Positions 63,401 through 64,000 of a stretch of DNA of 64,000 bases are shown here, piece by piece (within the stretch, counting starts at the first letter, position 1; every line of letters begins with the position of its first letter). A program made the translations under genes and the position numbers. This stretch comes from Antedon mediterranea (lineage: Eukaryota > Animalia > Echinodermata), in assembly GCF_964355755.1 (NCBI RefSeq), contig NC_092677.1, positions 19,800,101-19,864,100 of the forward strand. Reading direction: 5' to 3'. Under the pieces are notes generated by a model. The model was not told the DNA's origin. It worked only from the letters and a program-made list of their open reading frames with translations, and did not search any database.

Positions 63401-63929
63401 AATATTAAATTTAAGAATAAACAAATGAAAAATTATTTCTTAGTATTTAAACAATCTCCTGTAAAAACAGCATAATAGTAATATGCTTGTGTGCAAATGT
63501 GATTGTAAAGTCAGGGTTGTGATTATACCTGGCAAACTACGGTACTTTAATAAAAGGGTTGTATAAACAAAGCAATGGACAATAAATTAACCAATTTATT
63601 TATTTTTCAACTGTTGCTCTGTGATCTGAATTTCTTTTTATGTTATAGGCACATTTATATTTTTACTAGGACGGATATGCATTTTTCTTTAAAAACAAGG
63701 TTTTCATCGCAGAAGTATAGGATAACCATTTATGCTGCCTTTGATGAAAAAAACGTCATGATCATGATGATGATGATACAAAATTTGAGAAACAGCTAAA
63801 TAATGGTATAAAAACCTGGTGATGCTCAATACAACTCAACATACATACCCATCAGCTCTTTTGGCAAATGTAACAATCTCATCAACAGTTCTTGGACCAC
63901 TAAATGTATGTTCTATCCCATTTCTAAAA
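51125..63929 (-). CDS. TMX3: Thioredoxin-related transmembrane protein 3 (PDI family); 5'-partial, CxxC exons lie beyond the window end
   Basis: Minus-strand exons in order: 63929-63849 (FRNGIEHTFSGPRTVDEIVTFAKRADG), 63385-63280, 59895-59751 (CIVFKDG), 59254-59144 (FVVNERF), 58372-58255 (GKFLVLAIV), 55416-55360 (NFQFGFMEGN), 54082-53950 (IPGLVVLNT; GC donor), 53141-53073 (GYGGNSLFRMIYRVFYE), 51337-51125 (TM helix, acidic tail, ...HIKSE*). Phases are consistent and the order is collinear with human TMX3 as recalled (YRGPRT, VFKD, NRERF, GKLVALAV, FQFGHMDGN, GGDS). Confidence 0.9.
51686..51977. repeat. 57-bp minisatellite, 5 near-identical copies, in the last TMX3 intron
   Basis: Unit AAATAGGGCCCATGATGATCCATGCGTTTGGTCAACAGCATAAACAGTTCACACAAC with one T>C variant. 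It explains the repetitive ORFs on both strands. Confidence 0.95.
54380..55145 (-). mobile_element. Rex1/Babar-like LINE 3' fragment
   Basis: IVGLI, NFLELNINKMKEMRIDFRK, LRKLCSFGV, AGKVIG..ILEDTNHPFH..SGRMR. Confidence 0.7.
56195..57371 (+). mobile_element. Helentron/Helitron-type non-autonomous element (HINE/DINE-1-like)
   Basis: Subterminal IRs GGTTATCCGCA (56206-56216) / TGCGAATAACC (57329-57339). 3' stem-loop AACTCGTC-CGTAGT-GACGAGTT, then CTAG. Flanked by (TTA)n on both sides. Confidence 0.75.
57372..57406. repeat. (TTA)n microsatellite
   Basis: About 11 units, at the 3' flank of the Helentron-like element. Confidence 0.85.
58620..59016 (-). mobile_element. 5S rRNA-derived element (SINE3-like or 5S pseudogene); 5S-like head at ~58940-59016
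   Basis: The minus strand reads TATGGCCATACTATGTCAAAACACTGGTTCTTGTCAGATCACCGAAGTTAAGCAATGTTGGGCCTGGTT. This matches the first ~70 nt of metazoan 5S rRNA (GGCCATACC...CCGATCACCGAAGTTAAGCA...GGGCC.GGTT) and then diverges. The extent of the body is uncertain. Confidence 0.65.
60295..60590. repeat. Degenerate tandem repeat (GGATTTTGTACGCAA / GGATTGTGTTT)
   Basis: The motif recurs about 10 times inside the foldback element. Confidence 0.6.
62396..62640 (-). mobile_element. 3' fragment of a related Helentron-like element
   Basis: CTAGATTTGAACTCGTCAC..GACGA..GGTTATC...TACTACATACAGTGCAGAATAGGTG...CATGATGACGTCATCA is the reverse complement of ~57135-57371. Confidence 0.7.
62856..62897 (+). ncRNA. 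Minimal type I hammerhead ribozyme (Penelope-associated)
   Basis: TTGCA-CTGATGA-A-GGGC-TAGTGTT-GCCC-GAAA-GC-TC^TGCTAA. Core CUGANGA at 62861-62867, 4-bp helix II, GAAA at 62884-62887, palindromic AGCU in place of helix III, CUC cleavage triplet, short helix I (GCA/TGC). Confidence 0.7.
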
Positions 63930-64000
63930 CTGTTACAAAATAAAATATCATAATAATTTACCATCTGATATACAATTAAATTACACTATATAGCACCTAA

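Overview
AT-rich, intron-rich animal genomic DNA. It is probably an invertebrate deuterostome such as an echinoderm; this is inferred from gene content and repeats, not proven. Three protein-coding genes were assembled by hand. (1) DDX1, a DEAD-box/SPRY RNA helicase on +, has 29 coding exons at 5921-35516; its first coding exon was not found in the window. (2) DSEL, a dermatan-sulfate epimerase-like/sulfotransferase fusion on +, spans 43113-47480 in two coding exons. (3) The 3' part of TMX3 on - has 9 exons at 51125-63929 and converges on DSEL. Introns and intergenic DNA are packed with decayed LINEs (RTE, Rex/Babar, CR1/L2, RTEX-like), Penelope-like fragments, tRNA- and 5S-derived SINEs, and non-autonomous DNA transposons (hAT, Tc1/mariner, TTAA-specific Kolobok-like, Helentron-like, foldbacks). 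Most notable: an in-frame TGA at a conserved Arg codon in otherwise intact DDX1, with two frame-preserving splice routes around it; a minimal hammerhead ribozyme in a Penelope remnant; a MITE that appears to have copied DDX1 intron flank into the DSEL intron; DSEL-TMX3 linkage as in human 18q22; and a GC-AG intron in TMX3. Most short ORFs in the supplied track are spurious or TE remnants. No bacterial-type systems or CRISPR arrays were seen.
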